Shown: positions 61,437 to 61,502 of the stretch, in pieces
How positions within the stretch are numbered: position 1 is the stretch's first letter
Layout of the letters: every line of letters starts with the position of its first letter
IMG/VR virus record: IMGVR_UViG_3300014954_000001
Strand: one strand, 5' to 3'
Length of the DNA: 61,502 nucleotides
Source: a virus
The notes under the pieces: model-generated
The model's database searches: none
What the model was told of the DNA's origin: nothing
What the model saw: only the letters and a program-made list of their open reading frames with translations
Position numbers and translations under genes: made by a program

Positions 61437-61502
61437 GAGTTTGAATAACGGACATTTGAGCCACAAATCCTTATTTTACTGGGATTGTGGCTCTTTTATT
61501 TT
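61437..61502 (+). repeat. attR core: 66-bp direct repeat
   Basis: Exact match to 1-66. The window ends inside or at the repeat, so its true length may be greater. Confidence 0.9.

Larger units (their letters stand above)
1..61502. mobile_element. Complete integrated temperate prophage (contractile-tail type) with cargo cassettes, bounded by attL/attR
   Basis: Identical 66-bp sequence at both ends. Integrase lies next to the left repeat. Lysogeny, replication/recombination, packaging, head, sheath/tube/baseplate and lysis modules follow in canonical order. Confidence 0.9.

Noticed and set aside
1-61502. Search for tRNA, tmRNA, rRNA genes and CRISPR arrays
   Set aside because: I inspected the intergenic regions over 80 bp (for example 19996-20110, 24641-24732, 25333-25534, 30104-30204, 53788-53938, 58657-58781, 60521-60705 and 61318-61436). 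I found no cloverleaf-compatible sequence and no regularly spaced direct repeats. This was by eye, without tRNAscan or Infernal.

Overview
The window is one complete ~61.4 kb temperate prophage. Its Shine-Dalgarno usage and protein families suggest a Firmicutes/Clostridia-type host. It is bounded by a perfect 66-bp direct repeat (attL 1-66, attR 61437-61502) that contains a host terminator hairpin. Apart from the lysogeny genes at the left end and one cargo operon at the right end, everything is on the + strand. Gene order from the left: tyrosine integrase, TM2-domain membrane protein and CI-like repressor on the minus strand; a divergent Cro-type switch with palindromic operators; an early region (XRE regulators, SleB-like hydrolase, DUF3846, a single-chain SbcD-SbcC nuclease/ATPase, replisome organizer, G39P-like loader, RecU, beta-clamp, HNH, Lar, AAA+ ATPase, many small Cys-rich ORFs, and a PcfK/PcfJ plus degenerate methylase-like block typical of conjugative elements); and an ArpU-like late regulator. 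Next come an insulated two-gene cassette (Na+/solute symporter translationally coupled to a PAPS-reductase-like PP-loop enzyme) and a ParB-like / IbrA-like / IbrB-like trio. The late genes follow: terminase small and large subunits, a portal fused to a NUDIX domain, MuF, head genes, sheath/tube, a frameshifted chaperone, tape measure and baseplate/fibres. After these are a complete diversity-generating retroelement (tail-fibre target with VR, Avd, TR, RT), the lysis genes (XhlA, holin, bifunctional endolysin), and an attR-proximal cargo cassette (amidoligase plus gamma-glutamylcyclotransferase with small HTH regulators). The best-supported special feature is the DGR: TR and VR are 115 bp each, with 18 mismatches, all at TR adenines. 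The most novel-looking candidates are the symporter/PP-loop/ParB cluster, the portal-NUDIX fusion and the amidoligase-GGCT cassette. All family assignments come from reading motifs by eye, with no database search. I saw no tRNA, rRNA or CRISPR array.
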